In this document: in pieces, positions 54,961 to 64,000 of the stretch | How the letters are laid out: each line of letters opens with the position of its first letter | How positions within the stretch are numbered: position 1 is the first letter of the stretch | Origin: Occultella glacieicola | GTDB taxonomy: Bacteria; Actinomycetota; Actinomycetes; Actinomycetales; Beutenbergiaceae | NCBI RefSeq assembly: GCF_004353825.1 | Contig: NZ_SMNA01000003.1 | Location: 310,001-374,000, forward strand | Reading direction: 5' to 3' | Length of the DNA stretch: 64,000 nt | Notes under the pieces: model-generated | The model's database searches: none | What the model saw: only the letters and a program-made list of their open reading frames with translations | What the model was told of the DNA's origin: nothing | Program-made: the position numbers and the translations under genes

Positions 54961-56108
54961 GGGACTCTCTCGGTCTGCTGGTCCGGAAGGGTGTCGGTCG
55001 GTGGGCCGCTGCGGCGTGGCCGCAGCCGGGCGAACGGCAGTCGCACCACGGTGATGACGGTGGCCAGGAGCACCCCGGCCACGAGGCACGCCAGCACCAC
55101 CCAGACCGGGAACACGATCAGGGCGGCCGCGCTGAAGGCGACCACCGCGGTCCACGCGTACATGATCAGGACCGCGCGCCGGTGGGAGTGGCCGTGGTCG
55201 AGGAGCTTGTGGTGCAGGTGGGTACGGTCCGCGTGGAACGGTGACTTGCCGGTGAGCAGCCGGCGGCCGGCGGTCACGGTCACGTCCATCAGCGGCAGCA
55301 GCAGCACGGCGACCGGCAGCACGATCGGCACGAACGCGGGCAGCGCCTGTCGGGTCTCGAGGACCGCCGGGTCGATCTGGCCGGTGACCATGATGCCCGC
55401 CGCCGCGACGGTGAGGCCGAGCAGCATCGCCCCGGAGTCCCCCATGAAGATCCGCGCCGGGTGGAAGTTGTGCGGCAGGAAGCCCAGGCACACCCCCACC
55501 ACCGAGGCCATCAGCACGGTCGCCAGGTTCGAGAAGTCGGTCGGGTTGTTGTTCACGGTGAGCAGGTAGGTGTACCCGAAGAACGCGATGCCACCGATCG
55601 CCACGACCCCGGCCGCGAGCCCGTCGAGACCGTCCACCCAGTTCACCGCGTTCACGGCGAGCACCACGATCAGGACCGTCACCACCAGGGACAGCCGGGA
55701 GGACCCGATGGTCAGCCCGAAGATCGGGAACGAGATCAGCTGGACGCCCTGCCAGGCCATCAGCCCCGCGATCAGCACCTGCCCGACGAGCTTGGTGATC
55801 CAGTCGAGGTCCCAGATGTCGTCCGCCGCCCCGAGCAGGCACACCAGGGCGCCACAGCCGAGGATCGCCCACGGCACCGTGTCCGCGAAGACGTTCTCCA
55901 GGAACGGCATCCGGGAGGCCATCACGAACGCGACCGCGAGGCCGGCGAACATCGCCAGGCCACCCATCCGTGGTGTCGGGACCGCGTGCACGTCGCGGTC
56001 GCGCACCGGCGTCACCGCACCAGTGCGCTGGGCGATCAGCCGGGCGAGCGGGGTCGCCAGATAGGTCGCCGCCGCGGCGATCACCATGATGAGGAGGTAG
56101 AGCCTCAC
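54957..56108 (-). CDS. MraY/WecA-family polyprenyl-phosphate GlcNAc-1-phosphate transferase
   Basis: RDVH..PTPRMGG, GAADD, NAVNWVDGLDGL, NFHPARIFMGDSG and HLHH. Confidence 0.92.
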   Translation of the reverse strand: MRLYLLIMVIAAAATYLATPLARLIAQRTGAVTPVRDRDVHAVPTPRMGGLAMFAGLAVAFVMASRMPFLENVFADTVPWAILGCGALVCLLGAADDIWDLDWITKLVGQVLIAGLMAWQGVQLISFPIFGLTIGSSRLSLVVTVLIVVLAVNAVNWVDGLDGLAAGVVAIGGIAFFGYTYLLTVNNNPTDFSNLATVLMASVVGVCLGFLPHNFHPARIFMGDSGAMLLGLTVAAAGIMVTGQIDPAVLETRQALPAFVPIVLPVAVLLLPLMDVTVTAGRRLLTGKSPFHADRTHLHHKLLDHGHSHRRAVLIMYAWTAVVAFSAAALIVFPVWVVLACLVAGVLLATVITVVRLPFARLRPRRSGPPTDTLPDQQTERVP

Positions 56109-56977
56109 GGCCGGGCGGCACCAGGGTCGGTCGGCGGCTCGACGGCGTCGCCCACCTCGGGCTCGACCGGCTCGGCCTCAGTGGTCTCGGACTCGCTCGG
56201 CTCGACCGCGTCACCCACCTCGGGCTCGCTCGCCTCGGGCTCAGCCGACTCGGGCTCGCCGCCCGCGGCCTCGGTCTCGTCACCCTCGACGGCGGCGCCC
56301 ACCTCCGCCTCGACGGTGGCGAGCTCCTCGTCGTCGAGGATCTCGGGCACGACCGCGCCGAGGTCCTCGCGGCTCAGCGCCCCCTCGCGCACGATCCGCA
56401 GCTGGTCGCCGGTGGCGTCCACGATGGTGGACGGCACGCTCCCCCGCGCCGGTCCGCCGTCGAGGTAGACCTTCACGGTGCGCAGCAGCTCGCTGTGCGC
56501 CTCGGCCGCGGTCAGCGCCGCCGGGTTGCCGGTCCGGTTCGCGCTGGAGACCGCGAGCGGGCCGGTCCGGCGCAGCAGGTCGAGGGCGATCTCGTCGTCC
56601 GGCATCCGCAGCGCAACGGTGCCGTTCGTGTCACCCAGGTCCCAGTGCAGGCTGGGCTGGGCGCGCAGGATCACCGTCAGCGGGCCCGGCCAGAACTCCT
56701 CGACGAGTTCACGCACCGAGTCCGGGACCTCGGTCGCGAGACCGTCGAGGGTGAGCACGTCGCCGACGAGCACGGGCGGCGGCATCTGCCTACCCCGACC
56801 CTTGGCTCGCAACAGGGCGGCGACCGCCTTCGGGGTGAAGGCGTCCGCGGCGATCCCGTAGACGGTGTCGGTGGGCAGCACCACCAGGCGGCCGGCGGCG
56901 AGGGCCTCGACGGCGGCGTCCAGGTGCGGTCCACGCTGTGCCGGGTCCGTACAGTCCCTCAGTTCTTCGTCACTCAC
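56105..56977 (-). CDS. tsaC: L-threonylcarbamoyladenylate synthase (Sua5/TsaC) with acidic C-terminal tail
   Basis: PTDTVYG, KGR, FWPGPLT, SSAN and PSTIVD. Confidence 0.92.
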   Translation of the reverse strand: MSDEELRDCTDPAQRGPHLDAAVEALAAGRLVVLPTDTVYGIAADAFTPKAVAALLRAKGRGRQMPPPVLVGDVLTLDGLATEVPDSVRELVEEFWPGPLTVILRAQPSLHWDLGDTNGTVALRMPDDEIALDLLRRTGPLAVSSANRTGNPAALTAAEAHSELLRTVKVYLDGGPARGSVPSTIVDATGDQLRIVREGALSREDLGAVVPEILDDEELATVEAEVGAAVEGDETEAAGGEPESAEPEASEPEVGDAVEPSESETTEAEPVEPEVGDAVEPPTDPGAARP

Positions 56978-57063
56978 GCGGGCGAGTCTTTCACGTCCGG
57001 CGGCCCGACGGCACCGACGCCGATCGACGACACGACCGGCGCCGCGCGTGCGAGGGTGTTCCG

Positions 57064-57441
57064 GTGACCGCCACCACCCGCCCACGCCTGTCGACCGTGC
57101 TGATCCGGGTCCTGTTCGTGGCGACCGTGATCATCCAGGTCGTGGCGCTGTACTGGCCGAGGATCGAGACCCCGGACACGGGCGTGCCGAGCGCGGACAA
57201 GGTGGCGCACGCCCTCATCTTCGCCGCCGTGATGGCCACCGGCTGCCTCGCCGGCATCCCGGCCCGCTGGCTCGCGCTCGGGCTCGCCGCCCACGCGGTC
57301 CTCAGCGAACTCATCCAGCACGTCGTGCTCCCCGACCGGACCGGCGACCCGCTCGACCTGCTCGCCGACCTGGCCGGCATCGCGCTCGGCTGGTATGTGG
57401 CAACCTACGTCCGCCGCCACCGCACCACCCCCACCTCCTGA
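57064..57441 (+). CDS. VanZ-like membrane protein
   Basis: DKVAH, SELIQ and RTGDPLDLLADLAG. Hydrophobic overall. Confidence 0.8.
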   Translation: MTATTRPRLSTVLIRVLFVATVIIQVVALYWPRIETPDTGVPSADKVAHALIFAAVMATGCLAGIPARWLALGLAAHAVLSELIQHVVLPDRTGDPLDLLADLAGIALGWYVATYVRRHRTTPTS

Positions 57442-57450
57442 CTCCCTAGC

Positions 57451-57519
57451 CCCCTGACCCCCAGCCGCGCCCCGATGGCCGCCGCGCCCCGATGGCCGGC
57501 CGCGGGGGTGGGTCAGGGG
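57451..57519. repeat. Hairpin enclosing a 17-bp tandem duplication between convergent genes
   Basis: CCCCTGACCC / GGGTCAGGGG arms. GCCGCGCCCCGATGGCC occurs twice, at 57464-57480 and 57481-57497. Confidence 0.65.
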
Positions 57520-58553
57520 CGGCGGGTCGCGACGACCATCCGGTCGCGGCCGGTCAGGTCCACCACGGTGTGGATGTCGGTGAACGCACCGGTTGCGGCC
57601 ACGTCGGCGCGCACGGCCGCGGCCTGGACCTCCGCGTGCTCCATCACGAACGTGCCGCCCGGGCGCAGCAGGCGGACCGCCGCCCGGACGACGGCGCGGG
57701 GAACCTCGAGCCCGTCCGCGCCCCCGCCGTAGAGGGCGAGGTCCGGGTCGTGATCGCGGACCTCGGGATCGATCGGCACGGCGTCCGGCGGGATGTAGGG
57801 CGGGTTCGAGACGAGCACGTCGACGGCGCCGTCGAGCTCGGCGAGCAGGCTCGCCTCGCGCACGTCCCCGGTCAGGACCCGCACCGCGAGGCCGAGGCGG
57901 TCGGCGTCGCCGCGGGCGAGGGCCACCCCCTCCGGGGAGAGTTCCACCGCGGTGACCCACGCGCCCGGGACCTCGTCGGCGACCGACAGCGCGATGGCGC
58001 CGCCACCGGTACAGAGGTCCACCACGACCGCACCCGGCGAGTCCACGACCGCACCAGACGAGTCCACGACCGCGGCGGCGCCGGCCGAGCGGGTCGGGTC
58101 CGATGGTTCCAGGATCGAGGCGACCGCACTCGCTCCCGCCAGGGCCCGGGCCGCGTCGATCGCCACCTGGGCCACGGTCTCCGTCTCGGGCCGGGGCACG
58201 AACACGCCGGGCCGCACGGTCAGGTCGAGGTGCCGGAACGCGGTTGTGCCGGTGATGTGCTGCAACGGCTCGCGCAGCCGGCGGCGTTCCACGAGGGCGG
58301 CGTACCGGGCGGAGAAGTCCGGGGGCAGTGGCGGCGCCATCGCGAGCACCAGGTTCGGCACCCCGAGCGCGTGCCCGGCGAGCGCGACCGCGTCCACACG
58401 CGGCGAGAGCACGCCGGCCTCGGCGAGCACCGCCGTCGCCCCGGCCACCAGGGCGCGCAGGTCCGGCAGGCCCCGCGAGCCGGCCGAAGCCTGCGGGCCG
58501 GGCGGATCCTGAGGGCCGGGCGGATCCTGCGGGTCCGGCACGGGCTCAGCCAC
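57513..58553 (-). CDS. prmC: Release factor glutamine methyltransferase
   Basis: [27 protein letters not shown] and ALYGG. Follows prfA. Confidence 0.95.
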   Translation of the reverse strand: MAEPVPDPQDPPGPQDPPGPQASAGSRGLPDLRALVAGATAVLAEAGVLSPRVDAVALAGHALGVPNLVLAMAPPLPPDFSARYAALVERRRLREPLQHITGTTAFRHLDLTVRPGVFVPRPETETVAQVAIDAARALAGASAVASILEPSDPTRSAGAAAVVDSSGAVVDSPGAVVVDLCTGGGAIALSVADEVPGAWVTAVELSPEGVALARGDADRLGLAVRVLTGDVREASLLAELDGAVDVLVSNPPYIPPDAVPIDPEVRDHDPDLALYGGGADGLEVPRAVVRAAVRLLRPGGTFVMEHAEVQAAAVRADVAATGAFTDIHTVVDLTGRDRMVVATRRP

Positions 58554-59628
58554 CCGCAGCGGCCAACCGCTCGGCCTCGTCCAGCTCGACGGCGGAGGCG
58601 ATGACCGGGCCGAGGTCGCCGTCGAGCACCTGGTCGAGGTTGTACGCCTTGTACCCGGTCCGGTGGTCGGCCACCCGGTTCTCGGGGAAGTTGTAGGTCC
58701 GGATCCGTTCGCTGCGGTCCACCGTGCGCACCTGGGAGCGGCGCACCTGCGCGGCCTCGGCGGCCGCGGCCTCGGCCCGGGCGGCGAGCAGCCGGGCCCG
58801 CAGCACCCGCATCGCCTGCTCGCGGTTCTGCAGCTGCGACTTCTCGTTCTGCATCGAGACCACGATCCCGGTGGGTTCGTGCGTGATCCGCACGGCGGAG
58901 TCGGTCGTGTTCACGCTCTGCCCGCCCGGCCCGGAGGACCGGTACACGTCGATGCGCAGGTCGTTCGGGTCGATCTCGATCTCCCCGGCGTCCTCGACCT
59001 CGGGCAACACCAGCACACCCGCCGCGGAGGTGTGGATCCGGCCCTGCGACTCGGTGACCGGGACCCGCTGGACCCGGTGCACGCCACCCTCGTACTTCAG
59101 GTGCGCCCAGACCCCCTCGGCGGGGTCGCTCGCGCGCGACTTCACCGCGACCGAGACGTCCTTGTAGCCGCCGAGGTCGGACTCGGTGGCGCTGATCACC
59201 TGGGTGGACCAACCCCGCCGCTCGGCGTAGCGCAGGTACATACGCAGCAGGTCGCCGGCGAACAGCGCGGACTCCTCGCCGCCCTCGCCGGCCTTGACCT
59301 CGAGGATGACGTCGCGGCCGTCGTCGGGGTCGCGGGGCACGAGCACGTGGCGCAGGGTCTCGGCGGCCGCCGTCGCGGCCTCCCGCAGCGGCACCACCTC
59401 GTCGGCGAAGGCCGGGTCCTCGGCGGCGAGCTCCGCGGCGGCCTCGGCGTCCTCCTCGGCGGCCCGCCAGGCCCGGTGGGCCGAGACGATCCGGCCGAGC
59501 TCGGCGTACCGGCGGCCGAGCGAGCGCGCCCGGGCCTGGTCCGCGTGCACGGCCGGGTCGGCGAGCGCAGCCTCGATCTCGGCGTACTCGGCCAGCAACG
59601 GCCCGACGACCGTGAAGTCCTCGCTCAC
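58546..59628 (-). CDS. prfA: Peptide chain release factor 1
   Basis: [10 protein letters not shown] (PxT), GGQ and ERIRTYNF. Confidence 0.97.
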   Translation of the reverse strand: MSEDFTVVGPLLAEYAEIEAALADPAVHADQARARSLGRRYAELGRIVSAHRAWRAAEEDAEAAAELAAEDPAFADEVVPLREAATAAAETLRHVLVPRDPDDGRDVILEVKAGEGGEESALFAGDLLRMYLRYAERRGWSTQVISATESDLGGYKDVSVAVKSRASDPAEGVWAHLKYEGGVHRVQRVPVTESQGRIHTSAAGVLVLPEVEDAGEIEIDPNDLRIDVYRSSGPGGQSVNTTDSAVRITHEPTGIVVSMQNEKSQLQNREQAMRVLRARLLAARAEAAAAEAAQVRRSQVRTVDRSERIRTYNFPENRVADHRTGYKAYNLDQVLDGDLGPVIASAVELDEAERLAAAGG

Positions 59629-59682
59629 TGGTGTTCCTCCTGCTCGGTCACTCCCCTGGCGTCTGCGGAACCGCCCGGGGCG

Positions 59683-61785
59683 CTAACTGAGCTCGGAGGA
59701 GGCGCTGGGGTGGCCCGGCGTCGTCTTCTGCACCGTCAGCAGGAACTCCGCGTTCGAGCCGGAGTCACGCAGCTTGGACTGCAGCAGCTCGATCGCCTGC
59801 TGCTGGTCGAGTCCGCCCATGACCCGGCGGAGCTTCCAGATGATCTTCAGCTCCTCGGCCGAGACCAGGATCTCCTCGCGACGGGTGCCCGAGGCGTTCA
59901 CGTCCACGGCCGGGAAGATCCGCTTGTCGGCGAGCTGTCGGGACAACCGCAGCTCCATGTTCCCGGTGCCCTTGAACTCCTCGAAGATCACCTCGTCCAT
60001 CTTCGATCCGGTCTCCACGAGGGCGGAGGCGAGGATGGTCAGCGACCCGCCGTGCTCGATGTTGCGCGCGGCCCCGAAGAACCGCTTCGGCGGGTACAGC
60101 GCGGAGGCGTCCACGCCGCCGGAGAGGATCCGCCCGGAGGCGGGTGCGGCGAGGTTGTAGGCGCGGGAGAGCCGGGTCAGCGAGTCCAGCAGCACCACGA
60201 CGTCCTGGCCCAGCTCGACCAGGCGCTTGGCCCGCTCGATCGCGAGCTCCGCGACGATCGTGTGGTCGGAGGCCGGCCGGTCGAACGTGGAGGAGACCAC
60301 CTCGCCCTTGACCGTGCGCTCCATGTCGGTGACCTCTTCGGGTCGCTCGTCCACCAGCACCACCATCAGGTGCACCTCGGGGTTGTTGGTGGTGATGGCG
60401 TTCGCGATCTGCTGCATGATGATCGTCTTGCCGGCCTTGGGCGGCGCGACGATGAGGCCGCGCTGGCCCTTTCCGATCGGGGCGACCAGGTCGATGATCC
60501 GGGCCGTGATCAGGTTCGGGCGGGTCTCCAGGCGGAGCCGCTCCTGCGGGTACAGCGGCGTCAGCTTGCTGAACTCGGGCCGCTCGAGGGCCTCCTCGGC
60601 GGGCGCTCCGTTGACCGTGTCCAGGCGTACGAGCGCGTTGAACTTCTGCCGCTGGTTGCCGGAGTTCTCGCCCTCGCGGGGCTGACGCACGGCGCCGGTG
60701 ATCGCGTCACCGCGGCGCAGGCCGTTCTTCTTGACCTGGCCGAGGGAGACGTAGACGTCGTTCGCACCGGGCAGGTAGCCGCTGGTCCGCACGAACGCGT
60801 AGTTGTCGAGGATGTCCAGGATCCCGGCGACGGGCAGCAGCACGTCGTCCTCGGCGATCTCGACCTCGTCCTCGCCGGCGGACTCCCCGGTCCGGGTCGG
60901 ACGGCGCTTGCGGTCCCGGTCGCGGAAGCGGTCCCGGCCGCGTCGCCGGCGCGAACCCCGGTCCTCGTCGTCGTCGGAGCCGCCGTGGTCACCGTCGCCC
61001 TGGTTGTCCACCCGCCGCCCCTCGGGCAACTGGATGTCGTCCAGGGAAGGCCGGCGCTGAGCCTGGCCACGGCCCTGATCCGACTGCCCGTTGCGGCTCG
61101 GCGCGTCCTCGGTGCGCTCGGGCACGAGCGAGGACAGGTCCAACTGCGGCTGACCGCTGCCCGAGTCGGCGCCACGGCCGCGCTGGCGGCTGCCCTGCGC
61201 ACGCGCAGGCTGGTCGGGCTGGCTCTGGGAGCCCTCGCCCTCGGCGCGCTCGGGCTGGCGCGAGGTGTCGCGCTGTGGTGCGGTGGCACGGCGGCTGCGG
61301 GTGGATCGCTGCGGGGCGCCCGAGCCCGACGGCGTCGCCTCGGTGGGCTGTTCGGCCTGCGGCGCGCGCGTGGTGCCGGCGCCGTCCGCGTCACCGGAGC
61401 GGGTGGCCGAGCCTGATCGGCTCGCGTCACCGGAGCCGCGCCGGGCCGGCCCGCGGAGGGTGGTCCGGTCGCCACCGTCGGCGGCCGTCCCGTCGGTGCT
61501 CCCGGCGGCGGGCGCCTCCGGCGTCTGCGCGGCCGGCGCTTCCGGCGCCTGCGCGGCGGGCCGGCTCCCACGGGTGCTGCGGGCCGGGCGGGTCGCCGGC
61601 TCGCCGGCGGCGCCATCGCCACCGGACCGGGCCGCGCGGATGGCGGTGACGAGGTCGCTCTTGCGCATCTTCGCGGTGCCCTTGAGCCCCAGCTCGGCAG
61701 CGAGCGCCTGGAGTTCGGGCAGACGCAGCGAAGACAGTGCGCCGCCTCGACCGGAACCGGTCGAGGTGTTGATCGTTTCGGTCAC
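59683..61785 (-). CDS. rho: Transcription termination factor Rho with long N-terminal insertion
   Basis: GKGQRGLIVAPPKAGKT, DERPEEVTD and EEFKGTGNMEL. GGAAGGA RBS before GTG 61785. Confidence 0.97.
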   Translation of the reverse strand: MTETINTSTGSGRGGALSSLRLPELQALAAELGLKGTAKMRKSDLVTAIRAARSGGDGAAGEPATRPARSTRGSRPAAQAPEAPAAQTPEAPAAGSTDGTAADGGDRTTLRGPARRGSGDASRSGSATRSGDADGAGTTRAPQAEQPTEATPSGSGAPQRSTRSRRATAPQRDTSRQPERAEGEGSQSQPDQPARAQGSRQRGRGADSGSGQPQLDLSSLVPERTEDAPSRNGQSDQGRGQAQRRPSLDDIQLPEGRRVDNQGDGDHGGSDDDEDRGSRRRRGRDRFRDRDRKRRPTRTGESAGEDEVEIAEDDVLLPVAGILDILDNYAFVRTSGYLPGANDVYVSLGQVKKNGLRRGDAITGAVRQPREGENSGNQRQKFNALVRLDTVNGAPAEEALERPEFSKLTPLYPQERLRLETRPNLITARIIDLVAPIGKGQRGLIVAPPKAGKTIIMQQIANAITTNNPEVHLMVVLVDERPEEVTDMERTVKGEVVSSTFDRPASDHTIVAELAIERAKRLVELGQDVVVLLDSLTRLSRAYNLAAPASGRILSGGVDASALYPPKRFFGAARNIEHGGSLTILASALVETGSKMDEVIFEEFKGTGNMELRLSRQLADKRIFPAVDVNASGTRREEILVSAEELKIIWKLRRVMGGLDQQQAIELLQSKLRDSGSNAEFLLTVQKTTPGHPSASSELS

Positions 61786-62029
61786 GGGGTTCCTTCCCCC
61801 TCGATGTGCCGGGCGAGGCCCGGCGAGTACTGACTCCGGGTCTCGGACCCGGGTGGTTTCCGCCACGCGCCGACGCGACCGGGCAGGCGCTCGGGCGCGG
61901 GGTTCGGGGCGGAGTCATCACGTGGGCCGTGCGGGTACGCATCAGGCCCGTCGATGCGCGGCCAGCCTATCACCGCGGATCCGCGCGGCCCACGACATTC
62001 CGGAGCCCGGGGTGCCACGCCCACCGGGC

Positions 62030-62920
62030 TCAGCCGGCCAGGATCTGGGCCCCGTCACGATCGATCCGGGGGTGCAGCACCCGCCACCGGTCGGTCAGTT
62101 CCGTCTCGATCTCCGGTCCCAGGTCGGCGAGCACGAGGACGCTCGGCCCCGCGCCGGAGATCACGGCCGGCATGCCCCGGTCGCGCAGGTTGTGCACGAG
62201 CGCGACGCTCGCCATCATCGCGTCCGCCCGGTGGTCCTGGTGCAGCCGGTCCTCGGTCGCCGCCATGAGCAGGTCCGGCCGGGTCAGCAGCGCGAGCGTG
62301 AGCAGCCCGGACCGGCCGGCGTTGAAGGCGGCGTCGGTGTGTGCCACGGTCCGCGGGAGCGCGGCCCGGGCGCGGCGGGTGGCCAGCCGCTCGCCCGGGA
62401 TGAGCACGGTGGCCGTGATCGAGGGGTGCACCTCGATCCGGGCGGCCCGGGCCTCCGGCCCCATCCACGCGATCGTGGCCCCGCCGAGCAGGGCCGGCGC
62501 GGCGTTGTCCGGATGCCCCTCGAACTCGGTGGCGAGTTCCAGGACCGCCTGGTCGGAGAGGGCGTCCGGATCGCCGATCAGCCCGCGTGCGGCGACCAGC
62601 CCAGCCACCACGGCGCCGGCGCTGGAGCCCATGCCGCGTCCATGCGGGATCGCGTTCAGACACCGCAGGTGCAGGCCCGCCTGCGGTGCCCCGGCGTACT
62701 CCAGACCGGCCCGCAGCGCCCTGACCACGAGGTGCTCCTCGCCGTCGGGCACCTCCCCGGACCCCTCCCCGGTGACCTCGACGGCGGTCGCGCCGGTGGT
62801 GGCGCGAACGTGGACCACATCGTGGATCCGGTGGGCCAGACCGAAGGCGTCGAAGCCGGGACCGAGGTTGGCGCTGGTCGCGGGGACGCGCACCGAGACC
62901 TGGTCGTACAGCAGGCGCAT
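62030..62920 (-). CDS. thrB: Homoserine kinase
   Basis: PATSANLGPGFD, PHGRGMGSS, EGHPDN and ISGAGPS. Confidence 0.96.
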   Translation of the reverse strand: MRLLYDQVSVRVPATSANLGPGFDAFGLAHRIHDVVHVRATTGATAVEVTGEGSGEVPDGEEHLVVRALRAGLEYAGAPQAGLHLRCLNAIPHGRGMGSSAGAVVAGLVAARGLIGDPDALSDQAVLELATEFEGHPDNAAPALLGGATIAWMGPEARAARIEVHPSITATVLIPGERLATRRARAALPRTVAHTDAAFNAGRSGLLTLALLTRPDLLMAATEDRLHQDHRADAMMASVALVHNLRDRGMPAVISGAGPSVLVLADLGPEIETELTDRWRVLHPRIDRDGAQILAG

Positions 62921-62924
62921 GGCG

Positions 62925-63986
62925 TCAGTTCAGCCCGAGGGCACGGGCGGCGTCGTCGACGTCCGCACCGATCACCTGCGGCTCGATGACGGTGTCACCG
63001 AGTGCGGTCGCGGTGTCCTTGAGGCCGTTCCCGGTCACGGTGCAGACCACCTGGGCCCCCTCGGGCACGTCCCCGGCCTCGGCCCGCTCGAGCAGGCCGG
63101 CCACGCTGGCCGCGGAGGCGGGTTCCACGAACACGCCGACCTCACGGGCGATCAGGGCCTGCGCGTCCAGGATCTGGGCGTCGGTGACGGCGTCGATGCG
63201 CCCGCCGGAGTCGTCCCGGGCGGCCACGGCCAGGTCCCAGGAGGCCGGGTTGCCGATCCGGATCGCGGTCGCGACGGTCTCGGGGTACTCGATGGGCTCA
63301 CCCTTGACGAACGGTGCGGATCCTTCGGCCTGCACGCCCCACATCCTGGGGGTGCGGGAGGCGAGGCCGTCCGCGGCGTACTCGCGGTAGCCCATCCAGT
63401 AGGCGGAGATGTTGCCCGCGTTCCCGACCGGCAGCACGTGGATCTGCGGGGCGTCGCCGAGCGCGTCGACGACCTCGAACGCGGCCGTCTTCTGCCCCTG
63501 CAGGCGGTAGGGGTTCACGGAGTTCACGAGCGCCACGGGGTAGCTCTCGGCGAGCGCCCGCACGATCCGCAGGCAGTCGTCGAAGTTCCCGTCCACGGCG
63601 AGCAGCGTGGCCCCGTGGACGATCGCCTGCGCGAGTTTGCCTGCGGCGATCTTGCCCTGCGGGAGGACCACGGCGCAGCCGAGGCCGGCGCGCACCGCGT
63701 ACGCGGCGGCGGAGGCGGAGGTGTTCCCGGTGGAGGCACACACGACGACCTCGGTGCCGGTGCCGGCGACCTTGCTCATCGCCATCGTCATGCCGCGGTC
63801 CTTGAACGACCCGGTGGGGTTCGCCCCCTCCACCTTGAGGTGCACCTGGGCACCGGTGGCCGCGGACAGCGACGGCGAGTGCACCAGCGGGGTGCCGCCC
63901 TCGCCGAGGCTGATGACGGGGTCCCCGTCCTCGATCGGCAGGCGGTCTGCGTACTCGGCGATCACGCCGCGCCACGGCTTGGCCAT
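62925..63986 (-). CDS. thrC: Threonine synthase
   Basis: [24 protein letters not shown] and TGNGLKD. Confidence 0.96.
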   Translation of the reverse strand: MAKPWRGVIAEYADRLPIEDGDPVISLGEGGTPLVHSPSLSAATGAQVHLKVEGANPTGSFKDRGMTMAMSKVAGTGTEVVVCASTGNTSASAAAYAVRAGLGCAVVLPQGKIAAGKLAQAIVHGATLLAVDGNFDDCLRIVRALAESYPVALVNSVNPYRLQGQKTAAFEVVDALGDAPQIHVLPVGNAGNISAYWMGYREYAADGLASRTPRMWGVQAEGSAPFVKGEPIEYPETVATAIRIGNPASWDLAVAARDDSGGRIDAVTDAQILDAQALIAREVGVFVEPASAASVAGLLERAEAGDVPEGAQVVCTVTGNGLKDTATALGDTVIEPQVIGADVDDAARALGLN

Positions 63987-64000
63987 CAGATTCCTTCCAC
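63986..64000 (-). CDS. hom: Last codons of homoserine dehydrogenase (partial)
   Basis: VEGI* overlaps the thrC ATG. The call rests only on hom-thrC-thrB synteny and the typical RVEG ending. Confidence 0.55.

Overview
High-GC actinobacterial chromosome segment. The gene set and synteny suggest Micrococcales, but the genus cannot be determined from sequence alone. From left to right: (1) the end of glgE, then treS and a maltokinase-glgB fusion (GlgE alpha-glucan pathway); (2) an AbiEi-N/DUF559-type nuclease gene bracketed by REP-like palindromes; (3) a thioredoxin-TPR gene, a lipoprotein, a membrane protein and a DivIVA-like coiled-coil protein; (4) an accessory stretch holding a 348-bp MITE-like element with terminal inverted repeats and a 9-bp target duplication, two alpha/beta hydrolases (one bracketed by a duplicated gene start), a GCS2 ligase and a large secreted S8 protease; (5) a 17-kb LacI-controlled glycan locus (GH1, GH31, GH42, GH95, GH3 and an ABC importer) that fits xyloglucan oligosaccharide use, with visible operators; (6) a type III PKS, methyltransferase, oxidoreductase and UbiA cluster; (7) an SGNH hydrolase, nagA and nucS; (8) the atp operon, in which atpB apparently starts at CTG; (9) wecA-like, tsaC, prmC, prfA, rho, thrB, thrC and the end of hom. 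No rRNA, tRNA or CRISPR array was seen. Starts were refined by eye from RBS and motif context, all repeat coordinates and identities were counted by hand, and no database search was run.
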